Positions 1-11,209 of a stretch of DNA of 64,000 nucleotides are shown one piece after another; position 1 is the stretch's first letter; each line of letters begins with the position of its first letter. The position numbers and the translations under genes were made by a program. The notes under the pieces were generated by a model. It saw nothing but the letters and a program-made list of their open reading frames with translations, was not told where the DNA came from and ran no database searches. Source of the DNA: Lama guanicoe (lineage: Eukaryota); the NCBI GenBank assembly GCA_013239625.1, contig MU053881.1, positions 14,002,373 through 14,066,372 on the forward strand, written 5' to 3'.

Positions 1-319
1 TGTGTGATCTTTTAAGTAGAAGGATTAGGGAATTCTAGCAGCCAGACAGGAAACATGGCCCCTCTAACAAAAAGTGTACATAGTGTTTGCTGTCTAGTAC
101 TTGCTGTTAGGGTTCTAATTAGCCAGGCAGCAGTATTTAATTCCAGTGTCACGATACAAATAACGTGCCACATGCTTGTTAGTATTTACAGTTTCTAAGC
201 AGCTTGGAAGATGGGCTTATGCTCTGAGGACTCTGCATCCATCAGTCAGCATGATATTCCGAGAAATACTCTGGACTCTCTTGTCCCCAGATTGCATGTG
301 CCTCTCTCTTTATTGGGGA

Positions 320-510
320 AGTGGAGAGGGAAAGAGCCCTGGTTCTAGGAGTGAGGAGATGTGGTTTGGGGTTTCATCTCTGCCCCCAACTTCCTGTGTG
401 GCCTTGAGCGGATTTACTAATTGCTCTCGGCTTCAGTGTCCTTCCCCACAGCACTAGGAAGCTGGGCTAAACAACCTCCAGTTCTGATGGAGATTAACCA
501 CATCTGTGAC
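320..510 (+). mobile_element. MIR/MIR3 SINE fragment
   Basis: Degenerate MIR core: tgtgtggccttgagcggatttactaattgctctcggcttcagtgtcctt. Confidence 0.55.
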
Positions 511-3264
511 TCTAGGTCACACTAGTGCCGTGGGACTCTGAGAAAAGAGAGGGAAAGAAACAAGGGCTTGCAGAGCATTCTTGTCTTTAGCAGATGGGAA
601 ACTGTGAAATGCCAAGTGCCTCTGGAAAAAACTCTAGCCTGTCCAAATTGTTAGACAAATTTTATGTTCTTAAAACCTCCTGGCTTGTACCTTACAGTTA
701 CAGCTATTCATGTGTTAGGGGTTGTGAATGTTTCATCCCTTCTAAAATGTTCATATCCATATTTCTTCTTAGTAGTCTGATGGGATCCAATGGTGCATGT
801 AAGTTCACGGTTAACATAGTAACCAACTAAGATCACATGGAAAGATTTTCATGAAGCTAAATATTATGTTCATTTCTTTTCACCTCCTTTTTATTCCTAA
901 CCTTGTCAGTATTCCCCTGTTTTTAATCCTCAAATAGACTTGTTACTTGTTTTACCTTCTCTTTTATTTGTTTATCGCCAATAACTATCCATCAATATAG
1001 CAACTTGTTCATAACATTTACCTTTATTAGCCAAGTAACTGGCAACTCAGTTTAAAACAAAAATACACATGGAAGTTTCCTTTTAAGGGTATAAATCAAA
1101 GTTCTCGATAAGCTCATGAACAGTTCTGATATTCTGTATGTCTGAAGTATTTACATAATCCATAAGTACGATATATTGCTCCCACTTCCCTTACTTTGTA
1201 TAATCAAAATGTAATCGATAAGGACCAAGACTCCAGCAAAATGGGACTTCTGAAGCTTTGAGGGCAAATTCATCACCAGCAGGCACATTAAAAGTCACTG
1301 CAGAGAGTCTTTGCTTTCTTAAGTGCCCTTGAAAAACCCAGCAACTGAATTATGCTCCAGGCCCCCAAGGAGTGCTACAAGGTTATAATTGTCTCACTTA
1401 ATTACATGCACATCGAAAGGTAAATGGACAGAGTCTTTTTTTTTTTTTTTGTACCACGTACAGAGAATAGAATCACTTGTGAAGTTTGATCTTGCCGGCT
1501 CACGGAGTCCCAGAGAGTAGAAATGTAGGCGAGGACCATGTCGCACAGCGATGGAGCTGTGAACACACACAGCCGGGCCGAGGACACTGCCGGCACTGTT
1601 CTGCCCCGAGCCCCGCACCCACACTCGGGCCATTCTTCCCCTTCTGGCGGGGCCCTGGTGATGCAGCTTATTGGTCCTTTCTCCTTCATCGGTCACGGTC
1701 GTTTCTGTCCTGGCCATCTTCTTCTCTGAGTTCCCAAGGGACTGAGCGGAAGGCCTCGCGTTGACTCCATCAGATAGAATCAGAGAAATGAAAAAAGCCA
1801 TAGGAAAGAGAAGTGGGCTTTCAACCAAGCTGTGCACGGGAGACAGTGCCTCTTTTGAGCCCTGTCTTCCGTAGTTTCTAATGGAGCCCGGCCGGGAGAG
1901 ACGTCAGCTTTGCAAGTAAGTAAAAGCATCTCGGCCCTTCGCATGGATTAGGGGAAATCACTGCCTCCTTTGGTCACAGATTCTTCGTTTTGAATCAGGC
2001 CCGGCGTAGAACTAGTTTTCTTTGTACCGCATGTGAAGTTTCATGTGGCTTGCTGAGGGTGAGACTCACATTTCTTTGTAACAGAATGTTATGTTTTCCT
2101 TTGATTTCATTAGGATGAGCCTGTGGCAACTGCTGCTTCCTCCTGCAATGGAGTTTGCAATTTGAATGGACCTTAATATGTGTTATGATAGATAATCTGT
2201 CCTGCCTTCATCCGTTGCAGCCTGAGGAGGCAGATGGAGCTTGTGTCTTGTTTCTCAAAGCAGAGGAAGACTACAGCTTGAAGGAAGAAAGCGAGATCAT
2301 TGTAAGGCTTTCCAATTTCATCTTGACAAACTCCAACGCTGGCTTGTGGCAGTGGTTTTCAACTCTAGGTGGGAACTGTTGGTTTTCCTTTGAGTTCCAA
2401 GGAGAAAATCGATGCTTAAAGAAAAATATGTTTGCTCCCTGAAATACTAACTACTTCCAGAAAAAAAATCCTCATGCATAGAAGTATTTCTACGGTGACT
2501 ACCTTTAGTAAAAGCCTGCCCTGGGGTGCTGTTAGGGCTGGGGTAATATCTCCAAGCACAAGGTGAAAAGTAAACCTTGTTTTCATTGCTCTGGGCAGTG
2601 AGCTGTGGAGCCTGCAGGAGTTCATATACCTGCTGGAACCCATTTGCCCTCTGAATTTGCTGCTCAATTCTGGTGGAGGTAGCCAGAGGAGAATCCAAAA
2701 TTCTGGGGGAGGAACTTGACCACCAGGGCCACTCTGGCACCCTCCTCCCTTCTTCTCCAACCATCCTTTCTCTGTTTCCAGATCTTGCAGACAGACAGTC
2801 AAGAGCGCTAGGAGTGTTGCTCCGTTAGCAGATGCACTGTTACGTTGAGCCATTAATCAGGCAAATTGCAGGTGGTGCTTTCTTTTCAGATGTTACTATA
2901 ATTACTCCTCAAACACCCACTGAATTTGTCATTTCCTTGCCATCGATGGCTTTTAAAAAATTTATCAGGTAACTTCTTAAATTCTATCTGTATGGATTTA
3001 AGTTGTATTTCTACCTTGGAGGGTTCAGGTTCCTCCAGTTGTTACCACCTATTTTCCCAAGAGTATAATGGGGTGACTTCACATATAGGTGGATTAATAG
3101 GCTCTGGAAAGACTGAAGGTTGAAACCCACTGCTGGGTTTGCAAGCAGACCATACTCAGCCTTATGCTGAAAGATGGGCGTTATCATTTGAGGCATATGG
3201 TGCTAATAAATCCAGTGGAAGGAGCCTGCCATTCTCAAAGGCAGAGCTAGGAAAGGAACTTGAG

Positions 3265-3390
3265 CCAGCTGCCTGGTTTACAGATGGTGAGACTGGGACT
3301 CAGAGAAATAAGTCTGAGTTACTGAGGGAAAACAACAGCCAGAATCCAAGACTCGTGGCTCTGGATCCAGGCTTGGTTTTTCTACCATCC
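3265..3390 (-). mobile_element. MIR SINE fragment
   Basis: tttacagatggtgagactgggactcagagaaataag resembles the reverse-strand MIR core. Confidence 0.6.
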
Positions 3391-3719
3391 TCGTTCTCCA
3401 GATGGCCCTTGGCATACCAGAAGGGGATAAAAAAAATTCTCCTTCTTGACTTGAGTAAAGGAAGACAGGTTGGATTTCGACCCTTCTCTGCCCACTTAAT
3501 TACTTCCCTAAAAGTAAAACTTAGCTAGACTTTTTAAAATCCTGGTTTGAGCCTAGGGAACTCTGTCTTGCTTACTAATTAAATATTACTGATTTCTCCC
3601 TTTCCAGTGACTTTCTTTGAAAATTTTCTTTCAAAAGTTGCAAGCATCTGCAGCCCCTTCTCCTTCTCATCTTTTAGTTTTCTACAGAATACAGTTTTAT
3701 TAAGAGATTGAGTAAATAA

Positions 3720-3915
3720 GGTAGTAACAGTAGTAGTGAAGTGACTTAATGGGGGGGGAGACATTGAAATTGAACTTAGAAGTGATCACTGTTCTACTCT
3801 GTGACCTTAGGCAAGTACTTAGCCTCTCAAACCCTCACATTGTGAGTGTGTGTGTGTGTAGAATGCAATAGCTGGCTCACAAAAGGCATTTTATAATTGT
3901 TGGTCATTACTATTA
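3720..3915 (+). mobile_element. MIR SINE fragment
   Basis: ctgtgaccttaggcaagtacttagcctctc core plus a MIR-like tail. Confidence 0.65.
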
Positions 3916-4337
3916 ACTGGAACCAAAGAGAGGGAATATTAACTCATGGCATTAATTAATATTACATAATATCTTAATGTGTGGAAAAAAGGAGAATCTT
4001 ATTTTCTCCTTTTGGTATTAATGATCACTCGCTGCTGTTACTGCAAAGAGCCTTGCAGACAGTAAGCCGCCTAGAAACAACCTGAATTACTGGGCCTGGA
4101 GGAAGTACTCAAATCCCCCAAAGTGACTGATGGCTACTTGGTGTGGTATTTGTATCAATTTGAACTCACTAGACTGAAGAAACAGCATAGAGCATAAGAA
4201 TACATTGTCTCTGCCACATCTGCCCGTTTCAGTAAGTGCACCAGATCCCCGGAACCACTGTCAAACTTGATGGTGAAATTTTCACACACACGCCACCATC
4301 TATCCTCTACCTCCACCTCCCCAAGTGCAACCCAGAG

Positions 4338-4519
4338 CAGTGATTCTCAAAATGCTGTTCCTGGCCAGATAGTTTCAGCATTACTCAGGAATTTGTTGGA
4401 AGTGCAAATATGCAGGCTCCACTCCAGACATGCTGAGTCACACACTCGGGAAGACTCAGATACGTGTTTCTCACAAGCCTCCAGGTAAATCCAGTGCCGA
4501 CTGGAGTTAGAGAACCAGG
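4338..4519. mobile_element. MER5A-like hAT-Charlie DNA transposon
   Basis: Termini cagtgattctcaaa ... ttagagaaccag; internal tgcaaatatgcaggctccactccagac and acaagcctccaggtaa; length ~180 bp. Confidence 0.75.
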
Positions 4520-4552
4520 ACCTGGAGAAGCTGCCAGGTGATTTAGGTCCAC

Positions 4553-4991
4553 CAGTATTTCTCAAAATGAGGAGTAGGGACCGGGACAACACTTACAATG
4601 ATCTCAGATATGATAATGACGACTTTAGGTGACACCCTGATGTGGCATTGTACCACTGGATCACATAGTGAAAGTTTACTGTCTTGACCCTTAGATCTCA
4701 GTTTGATGTTCATCTCTAACCACTGCTAATCTCCTTTTTCAACAGAGAGTAGGATGCAAACCTGGTGAAGGGAGCAGCAGTGTCTAGCTAAAATTTAGTG
4801 GTATTTTTGGTTTGTTTGACCTTCTACTTAGGGCACATTAAATTTGTTTTACATTTAAGTGGTGATAAAGAGTTTCCTTTATAAATCTTTTGTCAATTTA
4901 AAGAAAAGGTGAAGAAAACAATAATACAGTTGGTATGTGGAGGTAGTAAAGAAAAGGGATGTGGGGGGTGAGCGCATTCAGAGAAACACTG
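4553..4991. mobile_element. hAT-Charlie non-autonomous element (MER112/MER113-like)
   Basis: Inverted termini cagtatttctc (4553) and gagaaacactg (ends 4991); 3' part aatacagttggtatgtgga resembles the family consensus. Confidence 0.55.
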
Positions 4992-5019
4992 ATATACCAG
5001 AAGGAACCCAGTTACACCC

Positions 5020-5320
5020 GCACTTTAATTCCATTTGTGGCAATTATTAGCTATACTACTTTCTTGGTCTCAGTTTTTTCATCTAATGAGAATGACACTG
5101 ACATCATAGAAATAGTATGAAAATTTACATACAGAAAGTGTGTGCTGCAATCCTCAGAAGATGGTAACTACTTATTTCATACTTATTCCCTCAAGCTTTT
5201 TTTAGAAACCAGTTTGCTGTGTGGCCTTCAGAAGATAATTTTTTCTAGGTTTCAGTGTCCTCATTTAGAAGCCAACAAAATGAGATTTGATCTCAAAGGC
5301 CCCTTCCAGCTCTTAGCTAA
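5020..5320 (+). mobile_element. Two adjacent MIR/MIR3 fragments
   Basis: tctcagttttttcatct and tttcagtgtcctcattt cores; MIR3-type tail aaggcccttccagctct. Confidence 0.55.
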
Positions 5321-6329
5321 TAAGTATGTACATGAACTTTGTATGTATGTGTATACATATATAATAAATGCTGGATTCCTTGCCTTTATATAGGCATGGT
5401 GTAGACATAGCAGCTGTATTTCCCAGCCATAAACCTTGAGTGCTTGGAAATAATATTTAAAGTGGATGAGCCATGTTGGGGGGGAAAAATCAAGTCGTGA
5501 AGAACATGCACACTGATGTATATTTCAGAGCTCGGAGGTAATTTTGTTGTATCTTACTATCAACTGTCAAAGGTAAAGCAATACTGAGGCGAGAAAATAG
5601 ATTGTCACGGAGGTTCCTGAGGACAGGGGTTTCCATGAGTTGGTGTAAATATATTCAGAGAGACTTGTTCCTGCTTAATAACCCGCATTTTTCCTTCTGA
5701 ATTGCTGATATGTTCGCTTATAGCATTTGAAAGGCAGCTTGTCCTTTGCTGTCAGGTGAACTTGATAGAATAATAGAAAATCCTGAAAAATTCAATCAGA
5801 TCTTGTTGCTTCTCAAGGGAATTTCTTGACTACTTATTCTGTTGAAGAGGAAAAAGAGCCAACAGGGTTTCTTTGGGCTTGTGCAAAATGCTGACCAAGT
5901 TTAACAGTTCAGGTACGAGTCAGCAGGTGCCACGTGTGGAGTTCTGACTTCTCAGCATCTACGGGATGGCGCTGCTAGGATCTGGAGACCCTTTGGGAAG
6001 GTGAAAGAAATACCAAGGTGTTACTACAGAATTGCGCAGAAGTGGTCACCATTAGCTTGTTTATTGCTTATAGCTCTCTTGTCAATCAGGAGACCAAAAA
6101 TCAAGAAAAAAAATTGTGAAATTAATTTCTTTTAATCAGAGTACGAAATAGCTTGCACTGCCTTCCAGGTAACTATTAAAAAGTCCCAGAAGCTTAATCT
6201 GTTCAGATATTGGTAATTCTGATGAAACACTCCGGTGAGGCTATTCAACTTGATTCAGCCGTCACTTAATTGAAAATTACTATGTAATTTTACTATGTAA
6301 AATTGCCATGTAATAATATTACCAAGACA

Positions 6330-6660
6330 CAGGGCATGTGCTTGAACTCAAACAGACAAAGGCTCAAGTTCCTGTCTTCTCTTAAAGCTCTGGTCTCCTC
6401 ATCTATAAACTGAGGATAAAATGTTCCTACTTCACAAGATTGTTCTGAAAATTAATCAAGAAAATGATGGAAATAATCAGAATAGCCAATATTCACTAAG
6501 CACTTCCTTCCATCCAGGTGCTTTTCCAAGGGCTAGGATTGCTTAAGCCTGGATGAATATCTGAAGTGGGTACAGTTATTAGCTGCAGGTTAGGGAGGTA
6601 CGAACAGACCCCAGAGAGAATTTAACTAACTTGCCAAACATTATGCAGTCTGGCACCAGA
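6330..6660. mobile_element. Two MIR fragments in opposite orientations
   Basis: Plus-strand ctcctcatctataaactgaggataaaatgttcctacttcacaagattgttctgaaaattaa, then minus-strand aatagccaatattcactaagcactt...aacttgccaaac. Confidence 0.6.
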
Positions 6661-6906
6661 TGCCCCCTCTTTTAAGGCATAAAAACTCTTGGTATTTTTC
6701 TCAGCACTTCATAAGAGATGAGTCACGTGCAATTACAGACACTGGGCCATTTTTACCTATATAAATAGTAATTTGTGTGATTCCACTTCATAAGCCTTGA
6801 ATATGGATTAACAGTAGCTACAGTTGCTACTGCCAATAATAATAGCAATAATAATACTGATTTTTATCTTTGAATCTTGTTAACATAAGGAATGTGGGTG
6901 GCATTT

Positions 6907-6910
<4 letters not shown>

Positions 6911-6944
<34 letters not shown>
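6911..6944. repeat. (CA)17 microsatellite
   Basis: Perfect CA run read directly. Confidence 0.97.
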
Positions 6945-6952
<8 letters not shown>

Positions 6953-7639
6953 TACACACGCACAGCTTGGCAATAAGGAACTGGTAAACTCTTGGTCTCA
7001 GTTTCCACATTTATAAAATAATGGAGTTGGTCTTTTCCAGCTCCAGTAGTCAAAAGACAGAGCTTTAAAAGCTGTTTGTGGAAAAAGACCATCTTTTTGT
7101 CCAATCCATCTTCAACCAATAACTATTAATACTATGAATGTCTAGCACATAGTTCATTCATACATAAGGCAAGTTTACTAATCACACGTTCAAGTATCTT
7201 AGTAGGGTTAAATTGATGTACCCTTTTCTAGACACATATTCTAAATTTTTATACTTCCTGTAAATCTTAATTTGTATACTTCCTGTAAATTTTTATACTT
7301 CCTGTATACTATCACTGTAAACCAGTGATAAACAGTTCTTGGACTTGCACTGGCTCATGGTCTGTACTTTGAGTAGAATTAGAACTCTATAATATATATA
7401 AATAAATTCTTAAAGAGAATTGTGTATGTTTCCCTTACCTTTAAAAATAAATTCGTTGGAGATGACAAATGAGTATCATTAAAAAAAAATAGGGAATTTT
7501 AAAAAGGAAAGCCACAGATGTGTGAATCAAACAGGATCCCTCAAGGCATTGAGATAAAATAGAGAAAAGAAAGCAGGTAGAGAAAAGGACCAGAATCTGT
7601 TAGTACATTTATTTTAAATAATTGTTCTTTATTTCATAG

Positions 7640-7830
7640 TAATTAATCACCTTTCGTGTTGTCATGTGTGAAGCACTAGGGAATTAGAAATGAGACGTGG
7701 CCCCTGTCCTCCAGGGGTGCACGATCTAGCCAAGGATGCCACAGATAAATGTGTAATTATAGAATTGTAGATAAAGTTTTAAAAGGAAATAAAAAAGGAA
7801 GAAGTACTAAATTTGGCTTGGGTATGAGAA
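7640..7830 (-). mobile_element. L2 LINE fragment
   Basis: gcactaggg...gagacgtggcccctgtcctccaggggtgcacgatctag resembles the reverse-strand L2 3' end. Confidence 0.55.
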
Positions 7831-7879
7831 AGGACTTCACCCATATGGGGTAATTTCTTACATTTTGTTGTTTAGAATG

Positions 7880-8120
7880 GATTTTCTATGTTTAAAAAAA
7901 TAAAACCCTTTTTATTCATGTATATTTTATACATACATAAACATACACATTGTACTCATCTGTGTCTACAGCTTCATGAATGATAACACAGTGTGGTCAC
8001 TTGATGAAGAAGCCACCACTAGGTCAAGAAATCGTTTTTAGGAGCTTTCCTGAGGCCCTGATGTGCCCCTTCCCATTCATAGCCCTCTCCCTCTTCACAA
8101 ATGTAGCCACAATACTGTTT
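7880..8120 (-). mobile_element. Ancient L1 (L1ME-like) 3' UTR fragment
   Basis: accactaggtcaagaaat...cctgaggccctgatgtgccccttcccattcatagccc...gtagccacaatactg is typical of old L1 3' ends. Confidence 0.55.
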
Positions 8121-8428
8121 CTCTGTGTCGATGTATCTCTTTGTTGATATTCCCACGTTGTTCATGCATTGTCTCTTGACCTCCGTGAGCATCTTTAGGA
8201 CTGTTATTTCAAACTCTTTATCATGTAAATCACTTATCTCCATTTGATTAAGTTCTGTTTCTGGAGTTTTATCTTTTTTTTTTTTTCAACATATTTCTCT
8301 ATTTCTTCATTTTCCTTGACTCTGTTGGTTTCTGTACATTAGTTAAAATAGCCACCTCTCCTCGTCTGGATGGAGTGGACTCATTTAGGAGATAAACTGT
8401 CAGCCAGCCCAGCCCAAGCTTTTGTCTG

Positions 8429-8924
8429 TGTCAACTGAAATAAATGCACAGGCTAAAAGCTGAGACTTACGTTTTATTTGGCAGACATTTCTGAGGACTC
8501 GAACCCCTTCGAGCCCAGAATGACAGCCTCTCAGATCGCTCCGAGGGACTGCTCGGAAGCGGTAGGGGAGGAGCCAAGATATATAGAAGTTTTACAACAA
8601 AAACCAGGTAGTTGGAACATTAAAAGATTACTTGTTAACTAAAGAAAACCAGGCATCTCAGGTTAAAGAATTTAGTGCTTTTCTATGTATGGGAGGAAGC
8701 AAACATTTGGGCTCACTGAATTCATTCCTTTAACAAGCACCTAGCTATCTGGGGCCAGTATCCTGCCCTTTCTTATTCTGGGTCCCCTCAGGGTGCACCA
8801 TTGTGAGTGGCTGCAGAGGCCGGGCTGCAGGCATGTCCTCAGTGGGGGGTGGCAGCAGCCGCTGATGACTTGATGGCTTCAGCTTTCTTTGTTTACTGGT
8901 GTGGTTTGCAGTATTTTTCGTTCA
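8429..8924 (-). mobile_element. ERV1 LTR, MER41-like, complete
   Basis: tgtcaactgaaa...ttttatttgg...gacagcctctcagatcgctccgagggactgctc...atatatag...tttagtgcttttcta...cgttca; TG..CA ends; poly(A) signal and TATA-like motif read on the minus strand. Confidence 0.8.
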
Positions 8925-9210
8925 TGTAGCATAGAAGACGGCCTCTCAGAGAGCTCTGAGAAACTGCGCTGAAGAGGTAGAGAAGGAGTCGGAATATATG
9001 TGACCTTTCTCCGGGGTAAACATGTAGTCAGTCATAGAAAGGCTGTTGCTAATCACAAAGAACAGACATCTCAAGTTAATTCTTTTGGTGCTCTTCTGTG
9101 TATGGGGAGATGCAAAAATCTGGGGTCATTTGAAATTTTTCCTTAGATATCCATCTTAAAAATCTAGGGCCAGTATCCTGTTTTTAACCATTCTGAGTTC
9201 CCCTCAGGGC
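8925..9210 (-). mobile_element. ERV1 LTR, MER41-like, truncated at both ends
   Basis: Colinear with the two neighbouring LTRs (gacggcctctcagagagctctgagaaactg...gctaatcacaaa...ttcccctcag). Confidence 0.75.
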
Positions 9211-9420
9211 ATGAAGTTTAACCGCACCAAATAACATTTAAGATTATCCGCTAATAACAGGAGATCTCAGACCCAGGAAACTCTCACCCAAATTTGTCTG
9301 GACTCTCTGAGAAGGCAAATGGGAACAAGGAGGGTTCTGCTTTTACCAAAACTCTGCTTCCTCTTAGAGTAAGGACCTAAGAGGGAAGTGTGCTCTGGGT
9401 CCCTTCGTTGGTCACCAAAA
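9211..9420 (-). mobile_element. ERV1 leader with primer-binding site
   Basis: Minus strand reads TGGTGACCAACGAAGGGAC (9417-9399) within a few nt of the LTR end, a MER4/MER41-group PBS-like motif. Confidence 0.65.
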
Positions 9421-9421
9421 C

Positions 9422-9867
9422 CATCAACTTAAAAAAAATTAGAGAAAAACCACAATGTAAAAGTTGAGAATTTTGTTTTATTGGAGGTAACTGAGCACTG
9501 TAGCCCAGAAGACAGCCTCTTAGGTAGCTCTGAGGAACTGTTCCAAAGAGGTAAGGGAGGAACCAGCATATATAGGCATTTCTACTTAAAAAAAAAAAAA
9601 GTGCAGTCAAACATGAATAGGTTACTGCTAATCACAAAAATCTGACATCTCACATTAATAATTTTAGTGCTTTTCTGTGAATGGGAAGATGGAAGAACCT
9701 GAGCTCATTTAAATTGTTCCTTTGATACTCATCTTAACTATCCTGTTTTTCGCCGTCCTGAATTCCCCTCAGCATGCACCACTGCGGGGCAGCTGCGGTG
9801 GCTGATGGCTTGATATCAGGCAACATTTGTCATTTACTGAGGCGGTAGGTGACATTCTTTGTCCACA
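9422..9867 (-). mobile_element. ERV1 LTR, MER41-like, 5' LTR of a deleted provirus
   Basis: Third homologous LTR copy (gacagcctcttaggtagctctgaggaactgttccaaagagg...ttttagtgcttttct...gtccaca), adjacent to the PBS. Confidence 0.8.
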
Positions 9868-11209
9868 ACAGGCTACAGTGAGATGCAGGCTGATGGGAGC
9901 CAGATCCCCAGGTAGCAGCTGGGAGAGTACGTACCCAGGGCCCTGCTGGGGGGAAACGGGGAGATGGTCTTTGGGGCCTGATTCTGTGTTCGTGTGTGCT
10001 GGGTCTGGGTGCATAACTGTGCAGCTGACTCCTGAGCCTGTTAATGACTGCTGCTGTGTTTGCTGCAGTCCTATGGGATTTTTGAATGCAAGCACCTTTG
10101 GCTATCAGAGCCACGTGGTCCAGGGCCCATCTCTTGGGTGGCACCATGAAAGCTGGGGTACCTCCAGGAAGATACTGGCAACATGGAGCAGGCTAAAAGG
10201 CCAGCAGAGGTGTCCGCAGGCTCTCCTGTTGTCCACAGTGGGCCACAGTTAGATCCTAGAGGTGTGCTAAGTGCCCTCAGGCGGCAGCTTTTAAAGTGTG
10301 CGAGTAATACTCTTTCAGAAAAGACTGTGAAATGGATGTTCCTGTTGGCTCCCTCTGCACTGAGCCCTGGAGGCAAAGCCAGGTAACTCTTGTTGCTTTG
10401 TTTACTGCTGTCCCCTTGGACTCTTTACATACAAGCCCCGATGGCTGTCAGAGCCAGGCCGTCCTAGGGGTCTGTCCCTTGGGCCACAGCACAGCCCCAG
10501 GAGCAGCAGATGTGTGTACAAGCTGCCAGGGAGATACTGGCAGTTTGCGCTGGACTCAAGTGAGAAGCTGAAGGCGGTGTTTGCTGGCTTCTCTGGTCCA
10601 GGGAGGAACAATGGTAGTCAGTCAGCCTTTAGATGGGTGTTCAATTAGAAACCTGAGCCTCAGGCAACAACTTTAAAGTGTGCAAATAGGCCCCTTTCAG
10701 GAAAAAATTCCGTGGAAGATGGGAGTTTTTTTGCCAGCTCACTGTGTGTGGAGTCCTGGGGGCTCGCCACCAGCCCCTTAGGAGCTGTGTCTTTGTTTGC
10801 TATAGTCTTATGGGTCTTGTGAGAGCAAGCCCCTCCCTATTGGCCTTCAGAGCTAGGTATTTTGGGCCCTCTCCTTCTGGTGGGAATTGTAAAAGTTGGG
10901 GCACTTGGTGTGGGGTCCAAACCCTTCACTCCTTGGGAAGAAGCTGGGAGTTGGAAGTTCTTTCCCAATTGTGTAGTACTGTGTCCAGGGTCAAGTTTAT
11001 GGGGAAAATGTGTCTCAGCCTTTCCTACCCATTTTGATGCGAGTCAGATGGATATTTCCTCCTGTGCTTATAGGAGTCCTTCAGCTAGCGTCTGGATTTC
11101 TTTCAAAGGGAATTGCTCCATCATAAACCTGTAGATGTGGTGTGTTCAGGGAAGGACGTGAGTTCAGGAGACTCCCCTGTTGCCGTCTTGGACCAGAACT
11201 CCCATAATA

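Larger units (their letters stand above)
8125..11200 (-). mobile_element. L1 5' UTR plus ORF1 start, interrupted by ERV LTRs at 8429-9867
   Basis: ORF 8243 (-) MEISDLHDKEFEITVLKMLTEVKR resembles the L1 ORF1p N-terminus. 9868-11200 is a GC-rich UTR with repeated monomers. The minus strand starts ggagttctggtccaagacggc, a degenerate CAAGATGGC YY1-type L1 5' motif. Confidence 0.75.

Noticed and set aside
1394..1837. 147-aa minus-strand ORF ending near a poly(A)-like run, as a possible retrogene
   Set aside because: No recognisable homology, no poly(A) signal before the A run, and only a weak 8-bp TSD-like match.
2416..2853. Overlapping 145-aa and 105-aa minus-strand ORFs
   Set aside because: No recognisable domain; the better splice signals here are on the plus strand.
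5756..5912. Possible coding exon (gtcag ... CAG/gtacga)
   Set aside because: Stops occur in all three frames and there is no recognisable protein.
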